A stretch of DNA of 64,000 bases from Daphnia carinata (lineage: Eukaryota), in contig NC_081334.1 in NCBI RefSeq assembly GCF_022539665.2, positions 1,674,001 through 1,738,000 on the forward strand. Reading direction: 5' to 3'. A program made the translations under genes and the position numbers. Positions 15,115 through 30,053 of the stretch are shown in pieces. The number at the start of each line of letters is the position of its first letter. Within the stretch, counting starts at the first letter, position 1. The notes beneath the pieces are model-generated. The model searched no databases. It had not been told where the DNA came from and saw nothing but the letters and a program-made list of their open reading frames with translations.

Positions 15115-16426
15115 TTAAAGTCAAAACGATTGTAAAAGGCGATCACACAAAAGCACTTTTGCAAGTCATATCGATTAAGAAAAGCCAAAAAGTTTGAGAT
15201 CCAACAGTCAAGAGAGTCTGTCTGTCAAAGACCCAATCATCCAAGAGTAGAGAGGGCAGTCTGAAACAGCCACCAGCTGATCGATCGACCTGCCCTCCGG
15301 TAGGATATTTGGCTAGGTCTTTTGTTATCACAAAGGGCGGCCAATAAGGTGTGTACACTTGCTGTCTCGCCCACTTGACATGAATTCTTCATCACCACCC
15401 AGCGATGCAGGAGAAGATAGAAAACGGGGAGAAAAATAACGAAACAGTTCGAAAAAAATTGAAAACAAATATCGCATGTTGCCTTGCGCGCGCGTTGGTT
15501 ATCGAGCCTTCTAGGCGGGCTGGTCGTGAATGCGATAACAACACGCGATGATTTTTGGTGCACGCCACTATCAGCAACTTTTACGTTTTTGACAGTTGCA
15601 TGTTACTTACTTTTTCTAAGAACAAAACTGAATATTTCTATATGTGACGTTGAACCAAAACAGGTATCTGTTTTGCCTTGCCTGCCCAATTGATTTATTT
15701 TTCCAAGTGTTGCTTTATGAACGTAAAACCAGTATAAACATATTATTTCTTCAGTTATAATTTATATTTGATACTACGATTCGTAGTACAAGATTAGAAG
15801 TCAATACTTGGAAATCTCCTGAAAGCTTAACATTTCCACGATCAATAGTGGGTTTACAACAAACAAATTTTAAATGGGTTTTCGAATATTTAAAGCCATC
15901 TAGCGACAGAAGTATTAAGTTGAGTCCCAATACCATTTCTCACCAAAGAAAGGAAATATATGTTCAAAGAAAAATTTGTTTATATATTGAAAAGTTATCA
16001 TCGAATGGCACTTTTTTCTATGATAATAATTTCAAAAAATACTTTACACATGAAAATTGCAGTTGACGCGTCCATTTCTATTTTGAATATTAATTCTGGT
16101 TTGGAAATGGAAACGTTAAGCGGGAAACGTGTGCAACTGCAGAAGTGCAGGCAACTATAAAAAAGATACCTAGTATTTTCGATCTGGCATCGCTGCATTG
16201 TGCTAATGTTAGTCATCCTCCTAGCCACAAAAAGATCACTTGTGTTTCTCGTCAGACTTGGCTGTGGAATTTGAGCTGGGAAAATGTCGTAAAAAGTTCT
16301 TTTTGACTTCTGTTACTGTTTGTTTCCCGTCGATTAGATGTTTTCACGTTCCGTAAACAAATCGGCCCGCTTAGCATCAAGTGCAATTGCTCTGTATAGT
16401 TTATTTCACTGTTCTACAAAAACGCC

Positions 16427-19400
16427 ATGGCTTTGGCCAACACGGAAATCGTTCATGAAGGTTGGCTTGTAAAGTCTCCGCCCACCAAACGTATATGGAG
16501 AGCTGTAAGTGTAATTTGAGTCAGTTTCAATTGAAACATGTCAATTATTCAAAGCTTAATCGAATACTTTCCTATAGTCTTTGTTTTGACATACAAAGTA
16601 ATGTTATCAAGTCTTTTAAAGCTAACACCAATGTCTGTGGGTCACGAAGCAAATTTTAATGTCCAGCCAATCCTCAACATTCTTGATCTTCCTGTGTCCT
16701 AAGCATTGAAAGTAAAATGGCATACTATATTTTGATAATTTTTTGGTTGTTCTAATTGAACTGTAATGTTTGGCTGAAACTAGTAAGTTGTGGTGTAGTG
16801 AGAGGCTTTGGTAAATCTTGGAATCCAGGCTTCTATTTTTTTTTTAACCTGTTGCAATGGTTGCCCCATGTCGCGATAAGATTTGCGTGTGCCTTTAGTT
16901 GTTTTTTTACGTTTTTGAGTTTACGTCAAATGTTATCTAAAGATCATTACCGCAGCTGCTTTTAGCCTTTTATGTTCCTCCGATCATTTTTTTTTAGACA
17001 AAAAGAAAACAAACGAGGAAAAATTGTTATCATAATGGTATGTTCGGTTGTGATATGTTGTGGCTGCTAATCGCACGACACATTTATTTGGGGAAGGGGG
17101 GATTTCTCTATTGTGATCCTTTCAATTAAATTAATTTTTATTCGACGTTCCTATTTAAAAAAAAAAATTTTTAATTTTTTTTTTTCATCATCTCGTATCC
17201 ATGGCAAGGAGAGGATGTTGTTCCCACGGTTTTTGTAGATGAGCGCTTCTCTGACCTATGACCGACTCTATGTAATCGGATCTGCTGATGGCATTCCCCT
17301 CCGCTCTCCGTTCAACTTAGATATGATCGAATTTCTTCTCCCCCTTTTTTTTATTATGAGAATGTTTGCCGATCTCGTTCTCACTCTATGACAAACCCCT
17401 GTACCAACTCCCTTCCATTATTATACTAAAAAAAAGTGAGTCTCGAATAGTCCTTCGTATTTTTCTTATCCATTTTCTTTGTTTTTTTTTTTTTTAATGA
17501 AACAGAAATGGCGGAGACGATGGTTCGTCTTAAAGCATTCCGGCGAGTTGCCTGGCCAGTATTTCCTTGAGTATTATACGGATAAAACCTGTCGCAAATT
17601 AAAAGGAAAAATCGATTTGGACCAATGCGAACAGGTGATTTTTTGTTGCTCAACACCACGATAATTTTTTCTAACATATTGTTCTCTTTCTTTGGTGAAC
17701 AGGTGGATTCTGGGCTGACAATTGAAAGTAGAAAGCAGCGGTATGCCCACATGTTTGATATCCGCACACCGAAGCGCGTCTACTTTTTGGCGGCAGACAG
17801 CGAAACCGACATGAATAGTTGGGTTGGTTGCATCTGCCACGTTTGCGGTCTCAAGGTGTTCTATCGCGATGATGAAGACACCGGCTCATCTTTGACGCTT
17901 ACCCGACCCGGCCCTAACACGTCATCGGCAATGGCCTCCACTGGTGTGCATTCGACCATGGCTAGAAGTTTGCAAGTTAGCCAGTTATTGGAAGACACTC
18001 CACCCACTTCGCCCACCTCGCCAACTGGTAGCTCGGGCCCCTATTTTCCTCTGAGTGAATGCCTCTCTGGATCACGTGGCCTCGTCTTTCAAGAAGCCAT
18101 GGCCTCTGCAGGTCAACCGTCGTCGGCTCCCGTGACACCGGCGCCCACGGCACGAGGTTTAGGTCTAGGCACCCAAAGTTTGCGAGGTAGACCGCAGCGT
18201 GAAGATTGGGACTTATTCTATGATCAGCCCAGACAACTGTCTGCAGCCAGCCAATCGCAATTGGGTCAATCACAACAATTGCAGCCTGTCACCTCGGTGG
18301 CACGCGATAATCAAGGAGTTCATGAAGCCATTCGTAGCTTTGAGGATAAATTTGCACGTTCGTTTAAGAGGCTGCAACCGGCTAGTGCTGCCGACCAAAG
18401 AACACCAGTTCCCCATTTGGTGGGTGGGCAAAAGTTTATTCCGCCACCTCGTCCACCGAAGCCGCCTCACTTGATTGACCAACCTTCGCACAATTATCTG
18501 AATCTGGAACAACTGCAATCACCAACTTCCGTTGCGGCTGGTGGTGGCAGATCGCACAGTCGGAGTAGCAGCCCACGCTCTCCACCATCCATTTCCCCCA
18601 CCTTACCAACGCCGACGAATGCTGACGCCTGGTACATTACAAATTGGCCTTCAAGTCGTGCCTTAGTTATTATAACTAACTAATTTGTTATTGTTTTCAG
18701 GTACGATTTTCCGCGATCCCATCAAGGCGATCACGGTAGTGACGGCAAACCAGGAAAAGAAACTCAGAGGCGACACTGTTATTCGAATGCCGCTCCGAGT
18801 GAAATATCGTCAGCCAGCGGAGCGTCGGCTGTCGCCTCAACAGCTGACATCTTTACGTTCAACAATAATATCGTTACGACTGGGTCATCTTGCACGGCCT
18901 CGGCCATGTCACCGAGTGTGTATTCGAACCTAGCCAGCCCATTCCCGTTGGCAAGTCCCAGTCCAGCGCTCCTTCCCATGACCCCCTTTTCGCCCCCTTC
19001 AGTCAACCGAACACTAAAGCCGAAGAAACAAGCATCTGGTACGGCTAGCGTAGTTGAAGGTCCTGCTCCTCCGCCTTCCGTTAACCGCCAGTTGAAACCC
19101 AATCGTAAGTCAGCCAACCATCGTGTGATACCGCCTTACTACATTTGTTGTTGTTTTTTTTTTTTTCACGAGGTGATTTTATTTTCTTTCGTTTGCGTAG
19201 GTCCTATTTCTGGCGTTGGACAACACACCGATTTCCAAGGAAGCAGTTCGGATGACGCCGACGATCCATCGAGTCGAGGCAGTAGCCGGCCCAACTCTGC
19301 TCACGACGAGGAACAGGTAAAGGCTTCTGCTTTCTCATTGACACTGTATTCATCAATAATCATTGAAACTCGCTTTTATTGACAAGACTAAAACTAACCT

Positions 19401-19710
19401 TGGGGGTGATGCGGTTTCTTTTTTTTTTTTTATGTTTGTGGCTGATGTTTTCCTACAGATCTACTACTTCCTTCAGGGTAATCAGATCATTAGTGCTGGT
19501 CGTCAACTGGATGAGATTCAGTACTTGGACTTGGATTTGGAATCTGATTCGTCTCTTCAATCGCCTAAAAGTCCTGAAAGAGGTCACCACCACCAAAATC
19601 ATCATCAGGCTTCGTCCACTGTCTACAAGACAGTTGATTTTATCAAAACCGAAGCCTTCAACCGGACACGTCTCACCGTTGAAGAACGCCGCTCAAAGAA
19701 GGCGCAGTAG
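16427..19710 (+). CDS. dos: GRB2-associated binder / daughter of sevenless adaptor
   Basis: PH domain (EGWLVKSPP...KWRRRWFVL...IDLDQCEQV...MNSWVGCIC). Grb2-SH3-type motifs PPPRPPKP and PPSVNRQLKP. C-terminal tandem tyrosine motifs IQYLDLDL and TVYKTVDF. Confidence 0.88.
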
Positions 19711-22700
19711 CGCGGCTGCATCGCATTTTGTTTTTCTTTCTCGTGAAATTCGGTTCACAATTCGCAAAGCATGAAGACAAGTACACAAATAGTGGCAATA
19801 TCTTTCAAAGTGGGGAACAGCATGTGAGGAACGTCGCACGATGAGAGATTAATGCTGTGAGATTAATTCGTTAGGACAATCAAAGATGGCAGGTCGGTCT
19901 GCTTCCCTTTAAACATTCGACTCCCGTTTTCTCTCCTTGTTGATAGATGGACTCGCGCCATTCCCTTTTTTAATGCACATGTATGTATATATGATATACA
20001 TATATAAAATATTATGTTAATAACAACAATCTTAGCCATTGCTTTGACGACAAATTCACAAATATGCCCCAGGGTTTCTTACCATGCATAGAATTATCAC
20101 TCATTATTTCTTCTTATTACAGAACAACAACAAAGAAACAATTAAATGAAAAATTACCTGCAACATGTGCAGTTGTTGGAGTGTTATTTGTTTTCTACCA
20201 TCTTTTTTTCTTTCTCTCTTTTTGTTCGAATAATGTTGTAACTGTGTTTCGCGGGCCGGGATTGTGATTCATTTTCATTTCAGAGTGCTGATATATTTTG
20301 TGTGTGTATGTGCACGTTCGTCGATATCATTTTCTTCCCTTCAAAAGATAGATGAGACAATCGTCAAATGAAGGAAAGCATATTCATTCTAGTTAGTAAA
20401 TGTTGGATGTTACTATTCTCTTTTCGCCATCTTTGTTTTCTTTCCTGCCTTGCGTTTGATTTCTTTTTAAGAAGAGATAAAAGAAAAGGAAGCACGCTTC
20501 ATCGTTTAATGTTGTACGTACATTTTCCACCACCTCCGAGAGACTATTTGTAAATACAAATCTCCATTTCTTTTTCTGTTTCGGTTCCATTTTGCGTTGA
20601 ATGAATTTTCTTTTATAATACTCTTTTGGACACCGAAAGGTGTCGCATTGCGTGCATAATCCGACCGGCATATCCTCAAGAATATTTCGTTCGTCAGCTT
20701 TCATCGTGAACTGGGCACACAATTGATCCAGGAGAAAACCGAAACCACACGCGTGTGGGTTAAACAGATCTACAATGTACACACAGACAAGTGTGTATGT
20801 GTGTGAATACAATGCAATATCCAAGCGTATTCGTCTGCGTTTTGCCTTTCTTTTGTTTGTTACTAGGGCAACCAACAATTTTCATCCATCGCTTCCCGTA
20901 CATGCGACACCAGATCATAACAGTGAACACGTTGAGGGATTTTTTAATCGATTGCTTGCGTACCCGAGTGTCTCAAGGATTCTTTAATTCCTCGTGTCAT
21001 TGTGATATACACAATTCGAAAAATTGTTCAACTAATAACAAACATTTTTTTTTTCATTCTCCGGTATTTATTCAGTTGAGGAAACAAAACTCCGCTTGGC
21101 CATCAATGTGCAAAACAGTTGAATCAACACCGATGCAGGTTTTATTACTTATTTCTATTTATTATTTTGATTTACCGTTTTCTAATAATTCCAGGTATGA
21201 CAAAGAAATAGGTTTGTCGAAAATGTCATGTCCGAGCACTGTTTTTACGTCGTATAATTGTGAATTCGTTAACCATTTTAGATACCACAGTCTGTCGCCA
21301 TTTTGTTTTTCAATTTGCAAGCTTGACCCAGCTGCTTTTTCAAATAGTATTGCAAGTCTTATTAAGCTTTTTCCAGTAATTATTTAGCTGTCCAGAAAGA
21401 CCGCTTTTTTTACACGATTCTATTGTACCTTTGGTTGTTTCTAAATGAAAATTATTAGCTAATTACAATTGTTATTGTAGCCCAATAGAAATAGCTGCAG
21501 CATTTGCCTCGTTGTGGTGCATATGTACTCGGTTTGCTGATGAAACCTGAAGACCGGGCGTCAGTCTCAACTTCTGTGACGGGCGCCAAGTTCCTAAAAC
21601 CTCCGCCGACTGGTGCTCACTTGACAGCAGACGCATCGATTCCATTTTCATTTGATTGCAGTTCTTCCGTTTCATCACCCATGCTGTTCGTTCTCGTGTG
21701 TTTGAATCATCTTTGTGCAACTCATTGAAAAACCCTCTTCAGGACTGGGCTGCACAGTTTGAATGGAAGTGACGGTATGTAAAATTTGATTCAATTTTGG
21801 TTTCCCCCACTGTTTGTCTGCGATTTGTATGCGATCTGTTCGATTCACAAGTTGACCTGAATGTCACTATCGCCATCTGGAGTTCATTCCCCAGTTCGGC
21901 TTATTCTGTCTGTCGCTGCGAGTCTTATCTCTTGTTTTTTTTCTTTCAACAACGTGACTTTTTATTTTTATGGCATCTCAGCCATCCAGCCAACGGTCTA
22001 ACGGTATTTATATACACATTAATGCTGCTAGGCGAAATTTCAGTTATAGCGGAAAGTGTATGGCCATACAGAGAGGCGAAATCATTTCTGATTGCAAGAC
22101 GAAAAAAAAAAAGTATTAATTTTTTTTTTTTAAAGCTGAGCTGGAGATAAGATGGATGAGACATCAGTCACGGATGTCGACATCTCTCTCTTATGCTACT
22201 GGTGTGGCACGTATGTGTCTTTTGCGCACTCAATCTTATTCTCTTTTCCACGAATTTCTGTCTTCCTTATTGGTCAACCAACCTTTGGCCATTCAACGCG
22301 GAGGTGTTTAAATTAAAAGATAGAAAACAAAATTCTGCTGAAAACTGATAGCATCTAAAAATGGCGGACGATCGTGCGTCATGTATTTTAATCCTTTTAA
22401 TTGCGTGTCATTCGACTCCTTCTCGAATCATTTTTCTTTCCATTCAAACATTTCTCTTCAAGAATTCCACATTTCTAGTGGCGTTGTGATGTCATTCCAC
22501 AGACAGGCCAACTTCCTGTGACAGAAAGAGATGACTAGTTGAAAGGGCAGGATGAAGATGGAAGGGAAGAACGGAAAAGGGTCAGCTCACCTCTTGCCGT
22601 CAGATTTGAGGCACAGGTGGAGTACAGGAGGTCCTAATCATAAAGCAGTGCTGTATGTACAGAAAATACAAGGGAGGATACGAATGGGGGACAACAGAGT

Positions 22701-25449
22701 AATGTGCCCTCAGGGATTGCTTCACTCCCTTTTTTTCTTCTTCTGGATGCCCCCATCCGCACGCACACCGGATGTCCGCTCAACAACACACAAACACACA
22801 ACATGGAGCAATGAAAAACCACTTTGGCGAAGCCCCATAGCAGTAGACTTTACATCTAATACTTGCACTGATAAACAAGAGCTGCGGGAGACATAGAACG
22901 TAACTTCGCCCGTAACGTTTTTATTCCTTTACGGGTTTCCATTCGAAATGTGAGGCAATGTCAACAAACTGTTGAGTACATGTGATCGGTCTACATGTGA
23001 AAAGTACAAAGTTTTTTTTTTGGGGGGGGGAGCACAAGTGTTATAATGCGAAATTTAAATGGCATCAAAAGCGGATGAAGCCCTTAACGTTTTCCCAGAT
23101 TACAGGTGCGCGCAGTCAAAGACTTGGGTGTGACCTGAGAGAGCCTGCTGGGCTTCTTGCAAAACTCGCACTCAAACACGCGATACAAAAGCTTTTTCCT
23201 ATTTTCCCCATAAGTGGATTTGCATGCGCTCAACAACAAAAAACCCAATTTTAGGTTTTTTGTTTTGAAATATGCATTTTCTAAACTAGTTTGGATTCTT
23301 CATTAGACAAATCAACCTGTGTAGTACAAACAATCATAGCGGAAGCCTCTCCCCCTTTAAACCACGACGTGTAGGTATACTAACGACTAATTAGACGCCT
23401 AGAATCGATCCCGTCTGGATAACGTTTGGCTCCGAGGTACGTTAGGTACGTTCGAAATAGAACATATGTCTATACATTTTTTTTTGAAAAAAAAAAAAAA
23501 TAAACAAGTGCATTGCAATTGGACAGCGTGAAATGGCTGATAGTGACGTGAGCCAATCATGTTGTATTGCGTATATATATAGTACACTAATGGGTGACGA
23601 ACGTCGCGTTTACAAGACGCGGTCACGGTGTGCCAGTGAATAGACGAAAAAGAGGAGAAAGAGGAAAGTGAGAAAGAAAAGAACAAAAACACACACACAC
23701 ACAAAAGAGGGGAAAGGGAATACCATTTTTGCCTGGCAACTGGAGCCAGCCGATGCCAACTGGCTGCAAATGCCTCCGTTCAAATATACACACACGGTCG
23801 CGTATAGGAAAAAAAAGAGAGAGAAGCACCGAGTGCGCAGCAGCGGCGGCGGCGGCAGAGTCAAGAGAAAGAAAAAGAGAGAAAAAAAGGGAAGAAAATA
23901 AAAAAAAAAAAATAAAAAGGAAAAAAGGTTTTAAAGGGCGCGGGCGTTAGATAGGACCAGCCCAGTCTACTCTCGACCGCTGGACTTGCCGCTCTCGTTT
24001 CATTTTCAGGCAGCGATCGTCGCTCGACACGACGACATACAACCCATAGAATTAGTGCGTGTGTGTGTCAACATTTGATTTGATTTTCTTCGTTTTGTTT
24101 TTGTCGATCCTGGGGTAAAAGAAGAGCAACATTTTTGGCTTGTTTCGTTTGGAAGGTTCCGCGAAAAATTCATTATGGAAATGTTCAGCGTGGATGTAAA
24201 GACAACGTCGAAATGGTGAGGTGGTTAGGTTTGACACCTCGGCGCCAGAAGAGACGAAAAAATCGCAGTGTAGTGCTGGACGACACTGATGACTTTGGAC
24301 GAGAATACGCGACGCACGAGTCCTCGCCCAGTCAACATTTGTGAACCGAGTGGCGAAAGTGAAAACACGAAAAACAAAAACGTCCCGGTTTTTTGACGAC
24401 TAAACCGAAATATCGAACCGTCTGTTTGTTTTTCCTTCCCTTTTTTTCCTTCTTCTTCTTCATCTTCATCTGGTTCGCCTTTTTTCTTCTCGTCGGCTCC
24501 ATCCACCCCGCTGTTTGTCTCATTTTCTTTTCCTTCCTCCTCCTTCTTTTTTACCCTCCCCTCCTGTGTACTTGTGTGTGTGTGTGCGTTCTATCTGTGG
24601 GCTCCGTTCGTTCGTTCCCCGCATCACCCGACCACCCCTTCGTTCGTGATGGTATTGATCGCTTCCATGCTGGGTGGATGCTGCGACTAGCGGGGCTCTC
24701 GCAACTCCCATTCAACACACACGCGTGATCACTTCGCAGAATGTCTCCGTCGATATAATACAACAAACCGCAGGAAACAACCTTAAGAATATTTAAGAAA
24801 AAGGATTTTTTTTTTTCGTTTTTTTTTTGGTGTGTGTTGTGTTTGTCTTCACTGCGAAACTTATTCTTCATTGGCCAGGGACAACCACGTTGTACAGAAG
24901 AAGAAAAAAAAAAAAACAATGTGCAGGGACGAGTCGATTGCGATCATTTCGTCAGTGTCGTCCTCGATCCAACAGCAGAAGCGCAGTTGCATCTGATCTC
25001 TTTGACATTTGGCGGCGCCAGTGGTGGCCCTTCGTTTTTTGTTTTTTTTTATATTCCCTCCCCGTGAGTTTTCAAAATCAATAAGTCCTCGACAACGAAT
25101 CATCAACCGACCCGAAGAGGATTTCGTTTTGACACGCGTTTGCTTTCCGCTTTTTGTTTTTTGATCGGGATTTCCCATTTTTTCATCTTAAAAATTTTCC
25201 CAAATCAAACTGACAACCTTTTGGAATCGTTGGTGATATTTTCTGATCGAGCTGTTCAACCCATCCGTGTGGTGCTAAACCACCTCTATGCTGCTCACGT
25301 AATAATTTGCAAAGAGATGTTTCATTGCGTGTCACGTTTGATCGAATGTCAATAGCGTCGATTAACTCGATTTCTTTTGTTGTGTCTAACTGACGTGCAG
25401 GGAATCCCCTCTGCAGCCAATTGGGCTCGAGTACAAGACGACGTTCATC

Positions 25450-27720
25450 ATGGGTTGCGTCTCGAGCAAGGCCGAGCGCGACGCGGTAGCGGGTTTCGCC
25501 ACCAACGCCAACCTTTTCCAGGTAAAATTTTCACGTTTCTTTGGACATGAGCATTGCTCTTTTTGATTGATTTTCGGCTCATGATGTTTGTCTCAAATTT
25601 AAATGTCAAACGTATTGCTTACGTAAAAACAAAACGAAGGTATTGATCAGCTGGGAAGCTGTGCATTGTTTTCCTTAGTGGCTAAGCCACGCTTACGTAA
25701 CCTTTACTCGTTTCTCATATCCATATGCAGACGTTATTCCCTTGTGCCTCTTCTAGTCGGGTTTTTATCTTAGCCCTGTCTTTAACGATTACGTATTGTG
25801 TGCGAGACAACGAGGCTTCCTGATTTCCTAATTTTTTTTTTAATTATTAAAACAAAAACATAAAATTTTTCTTTATTCCGAGATGGAATGAAAAGACTTT
25901 AGGGATTCTGCCTACCTTATTTTTATTGCGTAACCAAAGCCCAGGCTGTAAAACTTTTTATTTCATTCAATGATGACTTTGATGTATAGAGAATGGGCCT
26001 ATATTTCCCCATAGGCTTAGCCGTTATGTAACGATAGACGGCCTCTAATGAAGAAGGAACGATTTTGAAACTTGCCAACGATGGAATCGAGTTATCCAGT
26101 CCTTACGGCATTTGAGAAATGGCCGTCGTTTTTTGTGCACAATAACACGAAATCGATGGGCAACACCTGTTTGAAAAATCAAATCAATAACTGATTATTT
26201 CTGTATACAAATAATCAAATTAATTTTGCAATTTCGTTCGAATTTTAACGTTCATCTTTCTTGAAAAAAAAAAATTAGGTGATGAATGTGGATGACACGG
26301 GTCGGCGTTTATGCCCTGGCCAACTGGAAGTTGGCGAATCCGACCTGATATTGTATCAGCGTGGTAAAACTCCCGTCCGGTGGCCGTTGAGGTCGCTCCG
26401 GCGCTACGGTTTCGACGCCCAGCTATTCAGCTTCGAGTGCGGTCGACGATGCCCCACCGGGCCTGGCATTTACGCCTTCCACTGTCGCAACGCTGAAATC
26501 CTCTTCAACCACGTCCAGGCCCGTGTGGCCGCCCGCCACGAGGAACAGGAACAGCTGGCCGGCGTGTTGGTCGCCAATAGTAACCATTCGCGATCGCGAA
26601 TCCGGCACTCTATGCCGGCCCGAAGCGCCTCTTCTTTACTCTTTCCCAACAGCAATGCCGGCAACAGCCTTGTCGTCGATCGCGAAGATGCCGAAGAGAA
26701 TTCGTATCTGGAACCGATCCGGCTAGTGGGCCAACAGCAGCAGCAAGGGCCAGCTGTTTGGTCTCCCAATTCCAGGCCGCTCAGTTCTTCCTCGCTCATT
26801 TCCAGTAGCTCATCGCCCATCAGTCCCTCGACGGCCGGCAACCTTTACGCCAACAACGAAGCTCTCTTGGCGGCAGCTGCTGCCGCCAATAATGACAGCG
26901 GATTAATCCATCACCACCATCATCATCTTGACCCATCGACCATGGCCATGACCGGTTCTGTCACGATGGAGACCGTCCTCGTTCCGCCACCGATAGCCTA
27001 CGCCAATTTGCATCACGACGTGAACAATAGCAACGCCACTGCTGCCAAAGATCCTCGGCTTGTGATGGACGACGATTTATCGGCCGATGAAGCCGATAAC
27101 CAGCAACACCTTTACATCAATGTCGGTCCCGATGCCATCGAGGTAATAACTCGTGAAATTTCTTTTTTGTTGGAAGCGTTCTAATCGAAAAATGCGACGT
27201 TTATCTTCTTTACAAGGCTAAGCCGAGATGTTCAGATTCAAATCACATGACATTGCCGTCGCTAAAGCAAGTCAATTATGTGCTATTGGATCTGGATAAA
27301 GGCTCCGATTCGACAACGACGGCTTCGGTGACGACAACCACTGGTGGTGGATTACAAGCCAATTCACCTGAAGGATCTTTAGCCTCTTTCCCGGAATCGC
27401 CTCATCGGACTGTGAACAGCATCGCTTCGGTGGCTGCTAACGCCACGACGGCCATCGCTGATGTTTTATCCAGTTCAGCTCAGGCTGTCATAAGCGCCGA
27501 AGGCTATGCCACCATCGATTTTGATCGAACGGCTGCCTTGTCTAACGCAACTGGACTTGGCGTAGCTTTCCCCAATCTTGCCGGATGTGAGGAGGAAGAA
27601 CAAGGATTGCGGAAGACTCGCCATAATTCGACCATGGTGGGTGGCAGCAGCAGCAGTGGCAGCAGTCACGCCGTTCGTCTCTTAGGGCTCAATCGGCAGA
27701 CATCGTCCGTCAGTGAGTGA
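25450..27720 (+). CDS. FRS2: Fibroblast growth factor receptor substrate 2/3-like adaptor, 3 coding exons
   Basis: Myristoylation-type start MGCVSS. IRS-type PTB domain (WPLRSLRRYGFD..LFSFECGRRCPTGPGIYAF). YxN motifs, plus VNYVLLDL, YATIDF and RKTRHNS. Confidence 0.88.
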
Positions 27721-28315
27721 TCAATGGGCCTTTACAAATCCCCATTTGAAAGGCAAAATGAAACGATAAACCCCTACCCAAAACAACGCTCAATTTTGTG
27801 CGCCAGCTTAGCAAGGACTAGACGATCAAGTGCATAAACGGAGTCGATGCCAGGCTCAATAGTTGGACAGGAAGGGAAGCCCTTCCTTCTTTAAGAAAAG
27901 GGAAAAAAAAAATGTCAGATGTTCGTTTTTGGAACATGATCAACTTCCAATTTTACTGATGGCTACAAGCATATACATTGCCGGCAGTATTTCTCTCTAC
28001 TCGTTTTTTGTAACACTGTACATACCACACATCATTACCTAAAGGGCATACATTTTGATTGGTTATCACACAATCACACACACACATACACACAGTATAT
28101 TCCGACAAAAAAAATTGCCAAAAAACGAAATTCGATTTTAGAATACACTTGTTACAAATTTGGCCAATTTCTAGGGAGTATCCTATTTTAGCATTTATTT
28201 TTCCCGATATTCGTCAAATCTGTGTTAGGTTTGTACACTGGTGAATTTGACTAGAAATGGCTGTGTACATTCGTCCGGACTAATAGCCATTTCGTGATTG
28301 GCTTAGTTAGCATTT

Positions 28316-29779
28316 CTACTCATCGGCTGGAAGATAATCGAACTTCAATTCGCTGCTTTCGATATGTTGACGAATAAAATCATCGAAGCGGCGATTAGTG
28401 TCTGCGTCGAAGCTGCGGCGCCAGTCTCCAACCCGACCACTTCTCATAAAAGGCGCTTCGTTCTTATTCCGTAGACCTAAATCATCCCAGTGAGAGTAAT
28501 TGACTGATGGATTTCCAGCCATTGATTCAAACCGGGTATGAGCAGCGATAAGTCGGACCTGAAAGAAGACGAATAACATGGTTTTATTTTATTTTACTTT
28601 TTAGGCTTGTCAGATTGATATTAAAGAAACATTTACCTGAGCATCAGTCAGAGGACGATCAAGAAACTGGGCAACACGGCGAATAGAGCCTTCCGGATCT
28701 CGATGCATGTCCTCATAAGTAATCCATAAAAGGTTATTGTTCGACTCGCTCTGATGTTGCTTCCAATATCCAAGAACGTGCTCGAAATATGGACCGTAGG
28801 GCACTGTATAAATCAAAAACTATTATTAAGCACTCCAGTTATGGTTACTATCGCATTTTACCGTCGCCTTTAATGAACTTGTTGACAAAGTCTTTCATTC
28901 CTCCACGATAACCGACAAAAGTTGCCATGCGCAGAAAATAATAGTAACTCACTGCAACATCTTTTGGATTTCTTACTATGTAAATCACCTTCAAGTATGT
29001 TAATCAAATAGTTATATTTCACTAGATGCTCAATTACTACTAAGATATACCTTTGTTCCATTTTCCATCACAGATTTTGGTAGCAGAGAAATGGGCAAGT
29101 GGGTCTTGATGAAACGTGGCCCCTCTGTTTTCTTGATAGAAGCAAGCCCAGGATAAGGATGTTCTAGATATGGGAATCTTGTTTCAAGAACTTGTTTCTG
29201 AGCTCCTTCGAAATCCAATCCAGTTTGAATCAGGTAGACAATTTCTTGCATCCATGTTGTTCCTGTGTTAAAATAAAAGACTTCAGTTAGGCAATGAAGC
29301 AAATAGATTAGAAACCTAGGTGTATTACCTGACTTTGGGAAGCTAGCAACAATAATGTCATTATGTTTTAGTTCAAGAGATTCTAATTTTTTCAATGTTC
29401 CAGATTTGATTATGTCACCAGGAAAGATACAGGATTTGCACCTGTAGAACTCAGAACCCATTGAAGATGTGTAGTCAGGATCGGGTGGTAATCTTTCACA
29501 ATCCTCCAAACTATCTCTAAGCCTTTGGGCTTTATTCCTTTTGCTGTAAATCGCCAATCCAAGGGTTGCACTGAATAGTAGGCCAGCACCTACCCTTTTC
29601 ATGAGTCTCATTTTCCGAACTTCATCGTCCGACCATTGACCGTTGCTTGAGATATTTCTACAACTTGTTTTCAAAACGCCATGATTAAGAGGTTTTACTA
29701 ATTTTTCGGGCATACATTTATTTGAACAATGTCGCAAAAGAGCGTCTATTAATAATTTACGTTGTTGGAATAAACTCAT
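28316..29779 (-). CDS. Cytosolic-type (SULT1-like) sulfotransferase with N-terminal extension, ~5 exons
   Basis: 5'PSB motif FPKSGTTW, IKTHLP, RNPKDVAVSYY and FMRSGRVGDW. Confidence 0.88.
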
Positions 29780-30053
29780 TTTGAATTACAGACGAACCAA
29801 GAAACCAAAACAAACAGGCAGCTTCACAGGTTTATAGCCTACTTGTATTTTCAAATTAGGTTATTACAATATAGTCTTGTTTTTCCTCATATGAAATAGA
29901 CAGGAAAAATTTATTTTTCAATATATTTTCTTTTAAAAGTATTTAACTTATCAATCTTTTAACCGTTTCAAATGAAAAATGTGTTATTTATCTTCATCGG
30001 TGTGTCTAGGGATAGTTCGTTGGTTTGTCGGTATGAATATAGTGGCATGTACT

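Noticed and set aside
21537..21570. CTGATGA possible hammerhead core
   Set aside because: No correctly placed GAAA and no stems I-III.
20064..25355. Phe/Lys-rich ORFs between dos and FRS2
   Set aside because: Products of poly-T/poly-A tracts and microsatellites; likely UTR or intron sequence.
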